From: Methanobacteriota archaeon
GTDB taxonomy: Archaea; Methanobacteriota; Methanobacteria; Methanobacteriales; Methanobacteriaceae
DNA: 64,000 nt
Direction: 5' to 3'
Assembly (NCBI GenBank): GCA_963787255.1
Contig: CAWBCJ010000029.1
Span: 352,001 to 416,000 of the forward strand
Positions 26,313-38,519 of the stretch are shown here, one piece after another. Position 1 is the stretch's first letter; each line of letters begins with the position of its first letter. Position numbers and translations under genes: made by a program. The notes under the pieces are model-generated. The model ran no database searches. It was not told the DNA's origin and saw only the letters and a list, made by a program, of their open reading frames with translations.

Positions 26313-26879
26313 ATGGTAAAGATAAACTTTATAACTGGTAACAAACACAAAGTAAAAGAAGCCAAAGGAATTTTTCAAAAATTTGGCATTGAACTTGCGC
26401 ATACTGATCTTGGATACCCTGAAATACAGGGGGATCTTGAAGATGTAGCCAAATTTGGCGCAAAATATGCTGCAAACAAGTTAAAAGGGCCAGTCATAGT
26501 AGAAGATGCCGGTCTTTTTATTAAAGCCTTGAAATGGTTTCCAGGGACTTATTCGTCCTACGTGCAGGGAACTCTTACTAACAAAGGCATTTTAAAGCTC
26601 ATGAATAATGTTGAAGACAGATACGCCGAATTCAGGTCGGTTGTTGGGTATTGCACTCTCAAATCCGAGCCCGAGGTTTTTCTAGGCGCTGTTAGTGGAC
26701 ATATATCATACGAAGAGCGGGGAGATCATGGATTTGCTTACGATCCGCTTTTTATTCCAGAAGGATTTAATAAAACCTTTGGAGAGCTTACAAGAAGTGA
26801 AAAAAATGAATTTTCTCATAGAAGAAGATCACTTGAAAAATTTGCATCCTGGTTAAATGAGAATGCATATGGTGATTAG
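26313..26879 (+). CDS. rdgB: XTP/dITP diphosphatase (HAM1 family)
   Basis: [24 protein letters not shown]. Confidence 0.95.
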   Translation: MVKINFITGNKHKVKEAKGIFQKFGIELAHTDLGYPEIQGDLEDVAKFGAKYAANKLKGPVIVEDAGLFIKALKWFPGTYSSYVQGTLTNKGILKLMNNVEDRYAEFRSVVGYCTLKSEPEVFLGAVSGHISYEERGDHGFAYDPLFIPEGFNKTFGELTRSEKNEFSHRRRSLEKFASWLNENAYGD

Positions 26880-26933
26880 GTAATAATATGGAAATTCTAT
26901 CAAACTAACTAACTTTAAATTAGAGGTGATTTT

Positions 26934-27335
26934 ATGGCAGTTAAGCCTGAATGGATTGAATATTCAAACGAAGAAATTGAAGAATTAATTTTAAAACTAA
27001 GAAAAGAAGGAAACTCAACAAGTATTATTGGAATCGCTTTAAGAGACCAGTATGGAATTCCAGATGTGAAACTTATAACTGGTAAAAAAATAACCAAAAT
27101 ACTTGAAGATCACGGACAAGAACTCAAATATCCTGAAGATCTCATGAATCTAATTAGAAGAGCAGTTAACATCAGGGAACATTTAGACGAAAATCCTAAA
27201 GACCTTCACACCAGAAGAGGTTTAAGGATCATCGAATCTAGAATAAGGAGATTAGTCAGATACTATGTAAATGATGGCGTACTTCCTGAAGGATGGAGAT
27301 ATGACCCAAGAAGCGCAGCACTCCTTGTTAAATAG
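26934..27335 (+). CDS. rps15: 30S ribosomal protein S15 (archaeal S15/S13e)
   Basis: [34 protein letters not shown]. Confidence 0.97.
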   Translation: MAVKPEWIEYSNEEIEELILKLRKEGNSTSIIGIALRDQYGIPDVKLITGKKITKILEDHGQELKYPEDLMNLIRRAVNIREHLDENPKDLHTRRGLRIIESRIRRLVRYYVNDGVLPEGWRYDPRSAALLVK

Positions 27336-28659
27336 GGCTGACGAAGCGTGCTCACTTATAAAAGAGCATATAAATAAGGAACATATTGTGAGAGTCATCT
27401 CTCACAATGATTCTGATGGATTATCCGCCGCTGGAGTAATGTGCAATGCAATATCCAAGCAAGGCGGTAAATTCCATGTTACAATAATTCCACGTCTTAA
27501 AGAGGAATTTGTAAATAAGCTAAGGTCTGAAAGATACAAATTATTTGTTTTTTGTGACATGGGAAGTGCATATCCTGATTTAATTAGTAAACTTAAAGGA
27601 AATACAGTAATATGCGATCATCACCAAATATCTGGCGATAATGGCGAAAAATACGAAAATTTAGTTCACGTTAATCCCCATCTATTCGGCATGGACGGAA
27701 CGCGCGATGTGAGCGCTTCGGGGGTATCTTACATATCAGTAAGAGGAATGGAAAACGTTGATCTTTCAGGACTCGCTTTAGTAGGCGCTTTTGGTGACAT
27801 GCAGTGTAGCGACGAAATCCAGGGCGTTAATAAGATGATTCTTGATGAAGGAATTAATGCGGGAGTCCTTGAAGAACGTGAAGGCCTTAAAATAACTTAT
27901 AAAAAGGAAGAACCTATATACAAGGCGCTTGCATATAGTTTTAATCCTGCTCTAAAAGGCATTTCAGGAGACCCTGACGGGGCCCGAGCATTCTTACAGG
28001 AACATGGATTGTCATATGGGATTAAATTTGAAGATCTAGCCCATGAAGAAAAAGACATGCTGAAAGAAGAGCTTATAAAAGTTAATCCTAAGATATTCGA
28101 TAAAATTTACAGTATTCCACGTGAAATACCCCAATTAAGAGATATTGAGGATTATTCAAGGATTCTTGATGCTTGCGGTAAAAATAAAAAGTACGGCACT
28201 GGTGTCAGCATCTGCATTGGTGAAAGAGAAGAAGCACTTGATGAAGGCATTAAATTAGCTCAAAAATACAGGGAAAGTCTGGTTAAAGGAATAAACTGGA
28301 TTAATAAAGAAGGATCAATTAAGCTAGATAATATTCAATATATCTATACTGAAGATAAAGCAAAAAAGAGTTTGATGGGTACAATATCCAGTATTGGACT
28401 TGAACTTGAGATTTTAGATCCAGAAAAGCCTGTAATTGCCATATCCAAGATGCACGATATTATAAAAGTATCTGGAAGAACAACCATGCCCATGATTAAA
28501 AAAGGTGTTAACCTGGGTTATGCTCTTGGAGAAGCAGCTAAAAGCTTTAATGGAGCTGGAGGCGGCCATAATATTGCTGCGGGTGCTGTGGTACCATTTA
28601 AAGAAATGGACAATTTCACAGATATTGTAGATGAAATAGTGGGAACCCAGATAAAATAA
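27325..28659 (+). CDS. DHH-family RecJ/Cdc45-like nuclease, probably GAN
   Basis: SHNDSDG, DMGS, DHH, GGGH (DHHA1); immediately after rps15 as for euryarchaeal GAN; start uncertain (27301 or 27325). Confidence 0.85.
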   Translation: MLNRADEACSLIKEHINKEHIVRVISHNDSDGLSAAGVMCNAISKQGGKFHVTIIPRLKEEFVNKLRSERYKLFVFCDMGSAYPDLISKLKGNTVICDHHQISGDNGEKYENLVHVNPHLFGMDGTRDVSASGVSYISVRGMENVDLSGLALVGAFGDMQCSDEIQGVNKMILDEGINAGVLEEREGLKITYKKEEPIYKALAYSFNPALKGISGDPDGARAFLQEHGLSYGIKFEDLAHEEKDMLKEELIKVNPKIFDKIYSIPREIPQLRDIEDYSRILDACGKNKKYGTGVSICIGEREEALDEGIKLAQKYRESLVKGINWINKEGSIKLDNIQYIYTEDKAKKSLMGTISSIGLELEILDPEKPVIAISKMHDIIKVSGRTTMPMIKKGVNLGYALGEAAKSFNGAGGGHNIAAGAVVPFKEMDNFTDIVDEIVGTQIK

Positions 28660-28752
28660 CATTCTAACAATATTATAATTAATCTATATTATGGAGTTAA
28701 AGCCAATTAGAGTAAATAGAGAGCGAAACACGTAAAACAAATTAGTGATCAC

Positions 28753-29943
28753 ATGTACTTAACACCCCAAGAAGAGAAAATGGAAGCAGGAGAATACGGA
28801 CCTGCAGTCCAGAAAAGCATGGAAATCCTCGTAGCACTAGGAAACATTTATAATGCCGAAAGAATGGTTGATATAACGTCAGCCCAGATTTCAGGAGTTT
28901 CTTATAAAACGATTGGAGATGCCGGCTTAGAGTTTTTGGAGGACATGGCCACAGATGCCAGGATAATAGTCCCATCAACCTTGAATCCTGCTGGCGTTGA
29001 CCTTGACAGATGGAAAGAGCTCGGATTTTCGGAAGAGTTCACAAAGCGGCAGTTAAAGATAATTGAAGCCTATAGAGAAATGGATATCACTACAACCTGC
29101 ACATGTGCTCCCTATCTTGTTGGAAATGTTCCAATGAAGGGTGATCATGTTGCATGGTCTGAATCATCTGCTGTAGCTTATGTAAATTCAGTTATTGGTG
29201 CTAGGACAAACAGAGAAGGTGGTCCGGGCGCGCTTTCAGCTGCAATATGCGGTAAAACTCCAGAATACGGATATCATCTCGAAGAAGAGCGAAAGGCTAA
29301 TTTTATTGTTGAAGTTGAAACAGAGATTAAAGGAGCAGACTACGGTGCTATTGGCTATCTTGTTGGAAAAGCTGTAGGTGACGGAGTACCTTACTTCAGG
29401 TTTAAAAATCCGTCAAAAAGGGATAATCTTAAAAGTTTAGGCGCTGCACTTGCATCATCCGGCGCTGTTGCTCTTTATCACGTTGAAAAATTAACTCCAG
29501 AATATGAGTTCGCACTTGAAGGATTACAAAGCAGTGATTTAGAAAGGATTAGCATTGATAGATCTGAAATCAATGAAATTAGAGAAAAACTTTCAACAAC
29601 GAGTGGAAAGCCGGATTTAATATGTTTAGGTTGTCCTCATGCATCTATTGAAGAAATAAGAAAGGTTGCAGATGAAGTGGTGGGAAAACGGTTAAAAAAT
29701 GAACTATGGGTATGTACGTCAATTTCAGTAAAAGCTGCTGCCGATAGAATGGGCTACACGGATATAATCGAAAAAGCTGGTGGAAAATTGGTTTGTGATA
29801 CTTGTATGGTAGTAGCACCTATTGAAGAACTTGGTTTTAAGGTTATTGGAGTTGATTCCGCTAAAGCTGCAAATTATATACCTAGCATGTGCGGACTAGA
29901 TGTTGTTTTTGACGATTTTGAGAAATTGATCCTTGAAAAATAG
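28753..29943 (+). CDS. Aconitase X catalytic subunit (phosphomevalonate dehydratase large subunit)
   Basis: [40 protein letters not shown]. Confidence 0.88.
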   Translation: MYLTPQEEKMEAGEYGPAVQKSMEILVALGNIYNAERMVDITSAQISGVSYKTIGDAGLEFLEDMATDARIIVPSTLNPAGVDLDRWKELGFSEEFTKRQLKIIEAYREMDITTTCTCAPYLVGNVPMKGDHVAWSESSAVAYVNSVIGARTNREGGPGALSAAICGKTPEYGYHLEEERKANFIVEVETEIKGADYGAIGYLVGKAVGDGVPYFRFKNPSKRDNLKSLGAALASSGAVALYHVEKLTPEYEFALEGLQSSDLERISIDRSEINEIREKLSTTSGKPDLICLGCPHASIEEIRKVADEVVGKRLKNELWVCTSISVKAAADRMGYTDIIEKAGGKLVCDTCMVVAPIEELGFKVIGVDSAKAANYIPSMCGLDVVFDDFEKLILEK

Positions 29944-30010
29944 TTTTTTAATTTTTAAATTAAAATCTAAAATTTATTCTTTTTTATACTACAAAGCCCA
30001 ATATAAAATC

Positions 30011-32279
30011 ATGGAAAAGTGGATTAAACAGCCTCTGATCAAGGATCAAAAAATTGAATCAAGGCTTTATCAGCAAATTCTCGCAGCTGACGTGCTTAAA
30101 ACTGGAAATACAATGATTGTAGCACCTACAGCACTTGGAAAAACAATAGTAGCCGTTTTAGTGGCAGCAGAGAGGATCAGAAATTTCAAGAACTCCAAGG
30201 TCTTAATCCTTGCACCAAGCAAGCCACTGGCAGTACAGCACGAGGAAAGCTTCAAAGAATTCATGAATGTATCTGTAACATCTCTTACTGGCGACGTTAA
30301 GCCAGAAGAAAGAGCTAAAAGATGGGAAGAATATCAAATTATTTGTGCAACACCCCAGACTATAGAATCCGATTTAATATCCTCCAGATACAATTTAGAG
30401 AATGTATCACTCCTTGTGTTTGATGAATGCCACAGAGGAGTTGGATCTTACTCTTATGTTTATTTAGCTTCTAAATACCAGCAGGAAAGCAAAAACACCC
30501 TTGTGCTCGGATTAACAGCCTCCCCCGGTTCTGTTGAAGATAAAATTAACGAAGTATGCGATAACTTATTTATAAACGATGTAATTATCAAAAGCGAAGA
30601 AGATAACGACGTTGTTCCTTATTTTAACCCTGTTGAAGTTAAATGGATTAAAATTGAACTTACAGAAGAACTTAAAGAGATAAAATCATATATTGATGCT
30701 GCTTTAAAAGCTAGATTGAACACCCTTAAGAAAATGGGAGTTATAAAGTCAGTGAGCATGAATAAAAAAGATGTTTTAAGAGCTAAGGGATCCGCTCAAA
30801 ATAGAATAGCAAGAAGCAGTAACCCTCCAAAAAAATGCTATCTGGCTGTTTCCACACTTACAGCTGTAATTAACGCCATGCATGCCCTTGAACTCGTGGA
30901 AACCCAGGGAATAAGCACCTTGAACAAATATTTTGATAGACTTAGAAAAAAGAGAACCAAAGCAGCAAAAAGTCTTCTTGTAGATGAAAACTTTAAAAAA
31001 GCAATTAGCCTTACAAAAATAGCACATGAAAAAGGAATTGAACACCCCAAACTTGCTAAACTGGTTGATGTATTAAAAAATGAGCTAAAAGAAAACGGAG
31101 AGTCCAGAATAATTGTTTTTACTCAGTTCAGAGACAGCTGTTAATAATATTTATGAGAAGTGTCTTGAAAGTAATATAAAAGCTGTGAAATTCTTTGGGC
31201 AGGCTGCCAAAGAAGGTGAAAAAGGTCTTACTCAAAAGAAACAAAAAGAAGTTATTAAATCTTTTAAAATGGGTACTTATGATGTTTTAATATCTACAAG
31301 CGTTGCTGAAGAAGGTATTGATATTCCTGCAGTGGATCTTGTTATTCTCTACGAGCCGGTACCATCAGAAATCAGGATGATACAACGTCGAGGAAGAACA
31401 GGAAGAAAAAATAAAGGTAAAATGTACATTTTAATCACCAAAGGAACTCGCGACGAAGCTTATTACTGGTCAAGTGTTAATAAAGAAAAGAAAATGAAAA
31501 GACAGTTGTCTAAGAGGGTAAAAAGAAACATTGCTCCAAAAGAAATTGTTAAAGTTATTCCAAGGGATGGTGAGGCCGGAGTGGAAGTTAAACCATTAAT
31601 CTATGCGGATTCAAGGGAACAAAGTTCCAGAGTCTTAAGAGAACTGGATAAATTAAATGTTGATATCCAGGTAAAAAGCCTTGCTGTAGCAGATTATCAG
31701 GTAAGCGACGAAGTAGGGATTGAAAGGAAAACTGCAAAGGATTTTATAGGTTCAATCATTGATAAACGACTTTACAAGCAGGCAAAGGAACTAGTTGAAA
31801 ATTTTAAAAAGCCGGTAATAATACTTGAAGGCGAAGACCTTTATTCCTCTTTAATTCATCCAAATGCAGTTAGAGGAGCCCTGGCTTCCCTTGCTGTTGA
31901 TTTTGGAATCCCCATTATTCCAACAAGATCCGAAGAGGACACTGCAGCAATGCTAAACAGAATTGCAATCAGAGAACAGCTCCACGAGCGGCCGGATATT
32001 CAAATTCGTACTGAGAAAAAACCGCTTACTTTATATGAGCAACAACTTTATATTGTTGAATCACTGCCAAATATTGGACCTGTAACTGCTAAAAAGCTTC
32101 TTGAAGAATTTGGTTCTGTAAAAGAAGTTATTAATGCTTCTGAAAATGAATTAAAGAATGTAGAAGGAATTGGTAATAAAATAGCTCAAAAAATTAGAGA
32201 AGTAGTAGGTTCAAGTTTCAGGCGAATTGGGGTTCCTAAAACAAGAAAATTAACTGAAATTGACGAGGAAAGTAAATAA
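30011..32279 (+). CDS. hef: Hef helicase/ERCC4 nuclease; one apparent extra base at ~31137
   Basis: [33 protein letters not shown], then DSRE, ADY, ERK and HhH (PNIGP, EGIG). Confidence 0.92.
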
Positions 32280-32464
32280 TAGTTCACAATTAAATGTATT
32301 TCAGTTATAACTTAAAATTTAATTGGACTATGAATGAATTGAATTAAATTTTCCAATTAAAAAGTATCAAATTAACAAATAAATTTCATATATATGCACT
32401 TTTATAAGAACATCAGCGAGATTTTATATTAAAATATAATTTAAATAACTGATTAATAGAAGGA

Positions 32465-33202
32465 GTGAAAATATTGAGGATCATAATGGACGAAAAGGGC
32501 AAGAAATATGTTGCCAGAGAAGAGGAATTTCATACAAATTACGGCTTCATAACAAAAGAAGACATGGAAAACAGCATGCCTGGTGACACAATTAAAACCC
32601 ATTTAGGACACGATTTCAAGGTTTTAAAGGCTAATATTAATGATTACATTGATTTAATGGAAAGAAAGTGTTCAATAATACTACCTAAGGATATTGGGAT
32701 AATTACAGCCTACACGGGAATGGGATCCGGTGATCGAGTTGTTGATGCTGGAACAGGCGCCGGCGCCACAGCACTGCATTTTGGAAATATTGTTGGAGAT
32801 AAAGGTGAAATTTACTCCTATGAAATCCGGGAAGACTTCAGCGAGATTTCAAAGCGTAATGTGGAGAAATTCGGGCTTAAAAATGTTCATATTAAATGCA
32901 AGGATATAACCGAAGGAATAGAAGAGAATGATGTTGATATAGTATTTTTAGACCTTCCAAAGCCGTGGGATGTTGTTGAAAGTGCCAAAGAATCCATTAA
33001 AGCTGGCGGTTTTATTGCTACATATACTCCCTACATCGAACAGGTTCAAATACTGCACAGAGTGCTTAAAAAATTTGATTTTTCAAATTTAAATACTGTG
33101 GAATGTATTTTACGCGAAATTGAAGTTAAAAATAAGGGTACCAGGCCAAAAACAAGGGGAGCTGGACATACAGGATACCTGACTTTTGCTAGAAATTTAT
33201 AA
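32465..33202 (+). CDS. trmI: tRNA (adenine-N1)-methyltransferase
   Basis: PKDIG, DAGTGAG, YEIRED, FLDLPKPW, HTGYL. Confidence 0.92.
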   Translation: MKILRIIMDEKGKKYVAREEEFHTNYGFITKEDMENSMPGDTIKTHLGHDFKVLKANINDYIDLMERKCSIILPKDIGIITAYTGMGSGDRVVDAGTGAGATALHFGNIVGDKGEIYSYEIREDFSEISKRNVEKFGLKNVHIKCKDITEGIEENDVDIVFLDLPKPWDVVESAKESIKAGGFIATYTPYIEQVQILHRVLKKFDFSNLNTVECILREIEVKNKGTRPKTRGAGHTGYLTFARNL

Positions 33203-33294
33203 TAATGCAAGAGGATTATAATTAAATCAAAGAGAATAAATGCAGTTGCAAAAATTAACTCTTAAAGTTTAAAATAAGTTTAGATGGTGTATTT

Positions 33295-34209
33295 ATGGGC
33301 TTCAATCAAAAAGATATTATTTCAATAAGGGATTTTAACAAAAAAGATATAGAAAATATCCTTAAAATAGCAGAAGAAATGGAACCTATTGCCAGATCAG
33401 AAAAAAAATCAAATATTTTATCTGGAAAATTGTTGGGAATGCTCTTTTACGAACCATCAACCAGGACACGTTTATCCTTTGAAGCTGCTATGAAAAGGCT
33501 TGAGGGTAATACTATCGGATTTGCAGAGGCTGGAACAAGCTCTGCAACCAAAGGAGAAAATTTAAATGATACTGTCAGAATAGTTGGGGAATATTCAGAC
33601 GCGCTTGTTATAAGACATAATATGGAAGGAACCGCCCGATATGTGGCCAATATTGTGGACGTTCCTGTAATAAATGCGGGTGATGGTGCAGGACAACATC
33701 CTACTCAAACCTTGCTAGATCTATTTACAATGAAACGGATTCTTGGGAAAATTGACGGCTTGCACATAGCTTTACTTGGAGATCTTAAATATGGAAGAAC
33801 TGTTCACTCCTTGGCCTATGCACTGGCCATGTTTGACGTTGAAGTGAGTTTTGTATCTCCAAAGGAGCTTAAAATGCCAAGAGAAATACTTCATGACCTT
33901 GGAAAGAGTGGTGTGGAAGTATATGAAACTGAAGATGTTCATGACGTTTTGGACAAAACGGATGTGCTTTATGTGACAAGAATTCAAAAAGAAAGATTTC
34001 CTGATCCTACTGAATATTCAAGAATTAAAGGTGCTTATACTATTGATTCAAAACTCTTAGAAGGTAGTGATACCATTGTAATGCATCCACTGCCCCGTGT
34101 TGGTGAAATATCCCACGATGTGGATAATACAAAATATGGAAAATATTTTGAGCAGGCTTTTTATGGCGTGCCTGTTAGAATGGCTCTTTTAAAATCAATA
34201 ATAAAATAA
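33295..34209 (+). CDS. pyrB: Aspartate carbamoyltransferase catalytic subunit
   Basis: [33 protein letters not shown]. Confidence 0.97.
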   Translation: MGFNQKDIISIRDFNKKDIENILKIAEEMEPIARSEKKSNILSGKLLGMLFYEPSTRTRLSFEAAMKRLEGNTIGFAEAGTSSATKGENLNDTVRIVGEYSDALVIRHNMEGTARYVANIVDVPVINAGDGAGQHPTQTLLDLFTMKRILGKIDGLHIALLGDLKYGRTVHSLAYALAMFDVEVSFVSPKELKMPREILHDLGKSGVEVYETEDVHDVLDKTDVLYVTRIQKERFPDPTEYSRIKGAYTIDSKLLEGSDTIVMHPLPRVGEISHDVDNTKYGKYFEQAFYGVPVRMALLKSIIK

Positions 34210-34275
34210 ATCTTTATTTTTTCCAAAAAAAAGTAATTAATAAAAATTTTTAAGAAAGAGAATTTCAAGTTAAAA

Positions 34276-35424
34276 TTATGCACTCCACATGGCATCTTCA
34301 AGGAGATTGAGTTCACATTGAATGTCAATTATGTTTGTTCTTCCTTTTCCTCTGCCTCTGGAGATTGTTTTTGTCGAAATTAGCCCTAGCATTTCAAGTT
34401 CGTTTATAAAGTCAAATATTCTTCTATATGAAACAGAATCTCCCTTGGAGACTTCTTTATAGACTTCATAAAGTCTTCCTGATGTTATTTCTTCTTTTCG
34501 CTTGGTTAGATAAAGAAGTGACTCTAAAACTTTCTGCTGTTGGCTTGGTAGAGTCATTATAATATCTGTAACCTTATTATGTTCAATATAGTCCTTTGCT
34601 TCCCTTACATATTCTTCTTCAACAAGTTCTGAGCATTTTTCATCGGCAAGTTCACCTGAAGTTCTAAGAAGATCTAGAGCGTACCTTGCATCACCTTCTT
34701 CTTTTGCAGCCATAGCGGCACAAAGTGGAATTACATTATCATTTAACACATTTTCTCTAAAGGACATTTCAGACCTTTCTTCTAAAATATCAACAAGCTG
34801 TTGCGCGTTGTAGGGTGGGAAAACAATTTCTCGATCTCTTAAACTGCTTTTTACACGTGGTTTAATGAACTTTTTGAATTCAACATAGTTACTTATGGAT
34901 GCAATGGCAACGTTTTCGGTCCTGGTGAGAGTGTAAAGAAGTCCGTCACCGTCATTTTTTAATAATATATCAATTTCATCAAGAAGAATGATTAATATGA
35001 GATCCTTTCCAAAAACATTCTTTTTAAAAAGATTTCTGAATGATTGAATAACTTCAGCCTTTGTCCAGCCCCTGTAAGGGACATTTTGGCCTAATTTTTG
35101 GCATACATGAGCTATAACCTGGTATTCTGTGGTGTAATCTGTACATCTCACATATTCGACCCTAACATTCATGTTCTTGTCCTTCGCCACCTCTAACAAT
35201 TGTTTCTTTGCAAATTTTACCACTGCGGTTTTTCCAGTTCCTGTTTTACCATATATTGTTATATCTGGTGGAGTTACATTTTTTAGTGCCTCAATCCAGT
35301 ATTTGGCAACAGATCTTATTTGTTCCTCTCTATGTGGTAATTTATCCGGTAAAAACCGGTGATCCAGGAATTTTTTACATTTAAAAACAGTATTTTTTTC
35401 TCCAAGCTCTTCAAAGATATTCAT
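34276..35424 (-). CDS. cdc6: Orc1/Cdc6 replication initiator
   Basis: [35 protein letters not shown]-terminal wHTH with SRGRGKG wing. Confidence 0.96.
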   Translation of the reverse strand: MNIFEELGEKNTVFKCKKFLDHRFLPDKLPHREEQIRSVAKYWIEALKNVTPPDITIYGKTGTGKTAVVKFAKKQLLEVAKDKNMNVRVEYVRCTDYTTEYQVIAHVCQKLGQNVPYRGWTKAEVIQSFRNLFKKNVFGKDLILIILLDEIDILLKNDGDGLLYTLTRTENVAIASISNYVEFKKFIKPRVKSSLRDREIVFPPYNAQQLVDILEERSEMSFRENVLNDNVIPLCAAMAAKEEGDARYALDLLRTSGELADEKCSELVEEEYVREAKDYIEHNKVTDIIMTLPSQQQKVLESLLYLTKRKEEITSGRLYEVYKEVSKGDSVSYRRIFDFINELEMLGLISTKTISRGRGKGRTNIIDIQCELNLLEDAMWSA

Positions 35425-35498
35425 TTAAACCACTCTATTATAATTATAAGAAGCTAGTGATATTCATAAGCTTCAAAGTTGTGAGGGAGAAGACATAG

Positions 35499-35545
35499 TT
35501 ACACTTGCAATATTTTTACACTTGAAACACTTGAAATGTTTCTCC
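35499..35545 (+). repeat. Three closely packed mini-ORB cores in the cdc6 leader
   Basis: TTACACTTGCAAT (35499), TTACACTTGAAAC (35516), ACACTTGAAATG (35527). Confidence 0.8.
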
Positions 35546-35586
35546 GTCTATAACATTGTTTTTCAACAATATAAATGTTCAAAGAG

Positions 35587-35732
35587 AGACGTGCATTTCA
35601 AGTGTAAAATTATTATATTTTAAAAAATATTTATTACTTTTCTACAGAATAAGACGTGCATTTCAAGTGTAAAAAACTTTGGGTGCCAAAAAATTTCATT
35701 TCAACTAAGAGACGTGCATTTCAAGTGTAAAA
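35587..35732 (-). repeat. Three identical extended ORB boxes
   Basis: AGACGTGCATTTCAAGTGTAAAA at 35587, 35652 and 35710. Confidence 0.9.
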
Positions 35733-35947
35733 AATATTTTTAAATGAAAATTCCAGTTGTTTGTAATAATAAAATATTTAAACTTATTAATTATTTTAAT
35801 GTTATCATTATTATCCAAAATTTAAGTGTTTAAAAACATGATAACTACTGCATTACCCTTATTTTTATTTAAAAACTGTAATAAACATTTTTTTTATCAA
35901 ATAGGAAAACATTAGAATTTTTCAAAAACAATATTGAATATAGATAT

Positions 35948-36940
35948 AGAGACATCAATTTCAAGTGTAACAAAAAATCTTGATAATAAAACTGAAAATT
36001 AGCTATTGTTTCAAGTGTAAAAAGATTTAGTACATTAATTAATCAGTTATCAATTACTAACACCTAAATACTACAAAACCAAGTACAATATTTTTTCCAT
36101 TTTAAGAGTTATTTTCAAAATTAACATAAATTTCAAGTGTAAATATTTAATTTTAAATTGGAGTAAGTGCTCACCAACGATTGCAAGTGTAAATTAAACA
36201 TAATAATAAAAATCAAGTAAAAAAACACATATTTCAATTGTAAAAACACTCTAAATGTTTCCATGAATTCATTTTCAGAGTAAAAAAATTAAATATTTTG
36301 AATTTTATTAAATAGATTATTAAAGATAGTCAAATTTGTTTATAGACCAAATTTCTAACTAAAGTGTAAACCAAACAAATAATTAAAAATAATAAAAAAA
36401 ATAATTATCTTCTACATTTAGATCTTGAAAAAAAGAAGTAATATCGAATTATAATCTCAAAAGAACATATAAAGCAAGTTTATAATGTAATTATATAAAC
36501 ATTTTTTAATTCTGTTTATCTAAAAAATAAAAAATGTTGAATATCTATATCAACAGAAAGTATCTTTAACTTTCAGCTGTATTTTTATTTAGAGAATATC
36601 AATATTACTGTTTATTATCTAATTTAAAAAATTAACAAATTTTTAGTCTCATTAAACTATTTTATTGTAAAGATCTCTATTCATATTAACCATTTTATAA
36701 ATATAACACTTTTTGGGATTTATTTCGTTTTTATTACTAAAAATAACTTATATTCTATAATAACATTTTTCAAGATATTTTTCCGTTGATTCTCTATTAA
36801 AATAGAGAATTTACCTGTTAAACAATTTCATTATTTAAAAAGATAATAAATTATATTTCATGAAATAAAGAATTTTTCATTCAGTATAGCATTATTTCAT
36901 ACATATTAATCGTTTTAGAAGACATCCATTTCAAGTGTAA
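35948..36940 (-). repeat. Dispersed mini-ORB copies
   Basis: AGAGACATCAATTTCAAGTGTAA (35948), GTTTCAAGTGTAA (36008), ATTTCAAGTGTAA (36130), ATTGCAAGTGTAA (36180), ATTTCAATTGTAA (36231), AGACATCCATTTCAAGTGTAA (36920). Confidence 0.8.
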
Positions 36941-37550
36941 CTTTTCAAAAAATATTTTGAAAATAACGATATTTTATATCTATTATAATGTAAAAATCAA
37001 TATGACAAAATAAAAATGAATAACTCATGAACAAAATTGCCAGTTAGTCAAAGCAATATTCAAAGAAGTGTTAAATCCAATAATTCAAGTGTTCAATATT
37101 GAAGAAGGTTTAAACCTGAAAACTATTTTAAATGGTCTAATCTTTGGGTTAATACCTACTATAATCGATCCTCAGTTCTTAAATTGGCTTCTATTCATAT
37201 TATTGTTTTAATTACTGATTTTGTTGCAGGCGGAAAAATTAAAACATGAATAATAAATAGTTCGATATAAAATATTGTTCTTCTATTTATAGTTGTAAAG
37301 AAGCGTTTACTTACTAGGTTTAATGTACAGTTCTATACATATTTCATTTATTAAACCTGATTTAGCTCTTCTACTAATTGTAGCGGAAATATTAAGGGCA
37401 TTTGAAGGATTAAGTGGATCATATATTAAAAAAGAAATTTACTAATGAACAAGCACATGAAGAAAATACAAATTAAATTGTTTTCAACATTTTTTATTAT
37501 AAATTTATAATAAATTATTTTAAAATTATTTTATGATGCTTTTTTGTTGA

Positions 37551-37571
37551 TACACTTGAAATGCACGTCTT
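37551..37571 (+). repeat. Inverted extended ORB at the distal end of the origin
   Basis: TACACTTGAAATGCACGTCTT is the reverse complement of the 35587-35732 boxes. Confidence 0.85.
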
Positions 37572-37740
37572 ACTTACTAAAATAAAATTTTTAAATAATT
37601 TTTTAACTTTTGAAATTTATTTCTTATTCTAACACCATATTTCTAAATGCTTTAAAAATCTTAAAAATCGAAATTTATAGATAAAAATAGTTTAAAAATT
37701 AAATAAAGATTCATGTATCCTTAAAAACTAATAAAATAGC

Positions 37741-38229
37741 TTAAACATACATATTATCTTGTTGTGTACTTGGTGTTCCTTCTTCTTGTACACCAAATTC
37801 CATCTGTATTTTCCATATTCCTTGGAGTTTTGCACGGAAGATCTTCTTTACACTGGAAATCAACCTGTCTTTGCTTAAACCATCTTCAAAAATTTCATCT
37901 GTAATTAGAAAACTTTGAAGCACATTTTCTGGATGTTGAAGTTGGAAATCAACAAAATGGTTGTTTAAAAGGAATCTGAATTCCCACATGAATTTCTCCC
38001 TTTTTTCAGGTTTTAGTTTTTTAATTTCTGTTTGATGTTCAGGGCTTACATTGGTTGCACAGGCTATTAAAACCATATCATTCTTCCCTTTTGGCTGAAT
38101 CACGTCTAAAACATGGCTTTCAGGATAATTTATTATGAAATGGAAATTTGTATTGTCATCAGGAACCTTCTGCCTGAAGAGTCCCTCATCAGAGAACCAT
38201 TTTTGAACTTTATTTTCAATTTTTGACAT
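37741..38229 (-). CDS. DUF2299-family protein
   Basis: VQKWFSDEG, NFHFIINYP, DVIQPKGK, IFEDGLSKDRL pattern. Confidence 0.75.
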   Translation of the reverse strand: MSKIENKVQKWFSDEGLFRQKVPDDNTNFHFIINYPESHVLDVIQPKGKNDMVLIACATNVSPEHQTEIKKLKPEKREKFMWEFRFLLNNHFVDFQLQHPENVLQSFLITDEIFEDGLSKDRLISSVKKIFRAKLQGIWKIQMEFGVQEEGTPSTQQDNMYV

Positions 38230-38245
38230 TTTTATACCTACTTTA

Positions 38246-38257
38246 ATTTCAAGTGTA
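38246..38257 (-). promoter_or_regulatory. Mini-ORB core in the leader of the DUF2299 gene
   Basis: ATTTCAAGTGTA 17-28 nt upstream of the start codon. Confidence 0.5.
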
Positions 38258-38519
38258 TGCTATTTGACTCTATTTTTATCAACAGTTAATATATTTAGTT
38301 GTGTAATTAAATAATTTTATTAAATAAAATTTAACAGTAAAATTATATTTAATAAGCAAATTTGCTTTTAATAAATTAAATCATGTTTACTATGCCTATT
38401 AATAGGTTATATATTATGAAATACATTAAAAAACAATATATAAACTGCTTTAAAATTGAATAATGTTTTTAAATAGTGTTTAAATTAATAAAAAAAATAA
38501 TTTTTACTAAAGGGATTGT

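Larger units (their letters stand above)
35425..37740. other. Probable chromosomal replication origin (oriC)
   Basis: ~2.3 kb very AT-rich gap upstream of cdc6 with about 12 copies of TTACACTTGAAAT or variants in both orientations. Confidence 0.88.

Noticed and set aside
31125-31145. Hef split into separate helicase and nuclease genes
   Set aside because: The break lies inside helicase motif IV (FTQFRD-T-V), not at the domain boundary; removing one base restores the frame
35587-35732. CRISPR-like mini-array: three identical 23-bp repeats with 42- and 35-nt spacers
   Set aside because: The repeat core is the mini-ORB, the same motif occurs dispersed and inverted across 2.7 kb next to cdc6, and no cas genes are present
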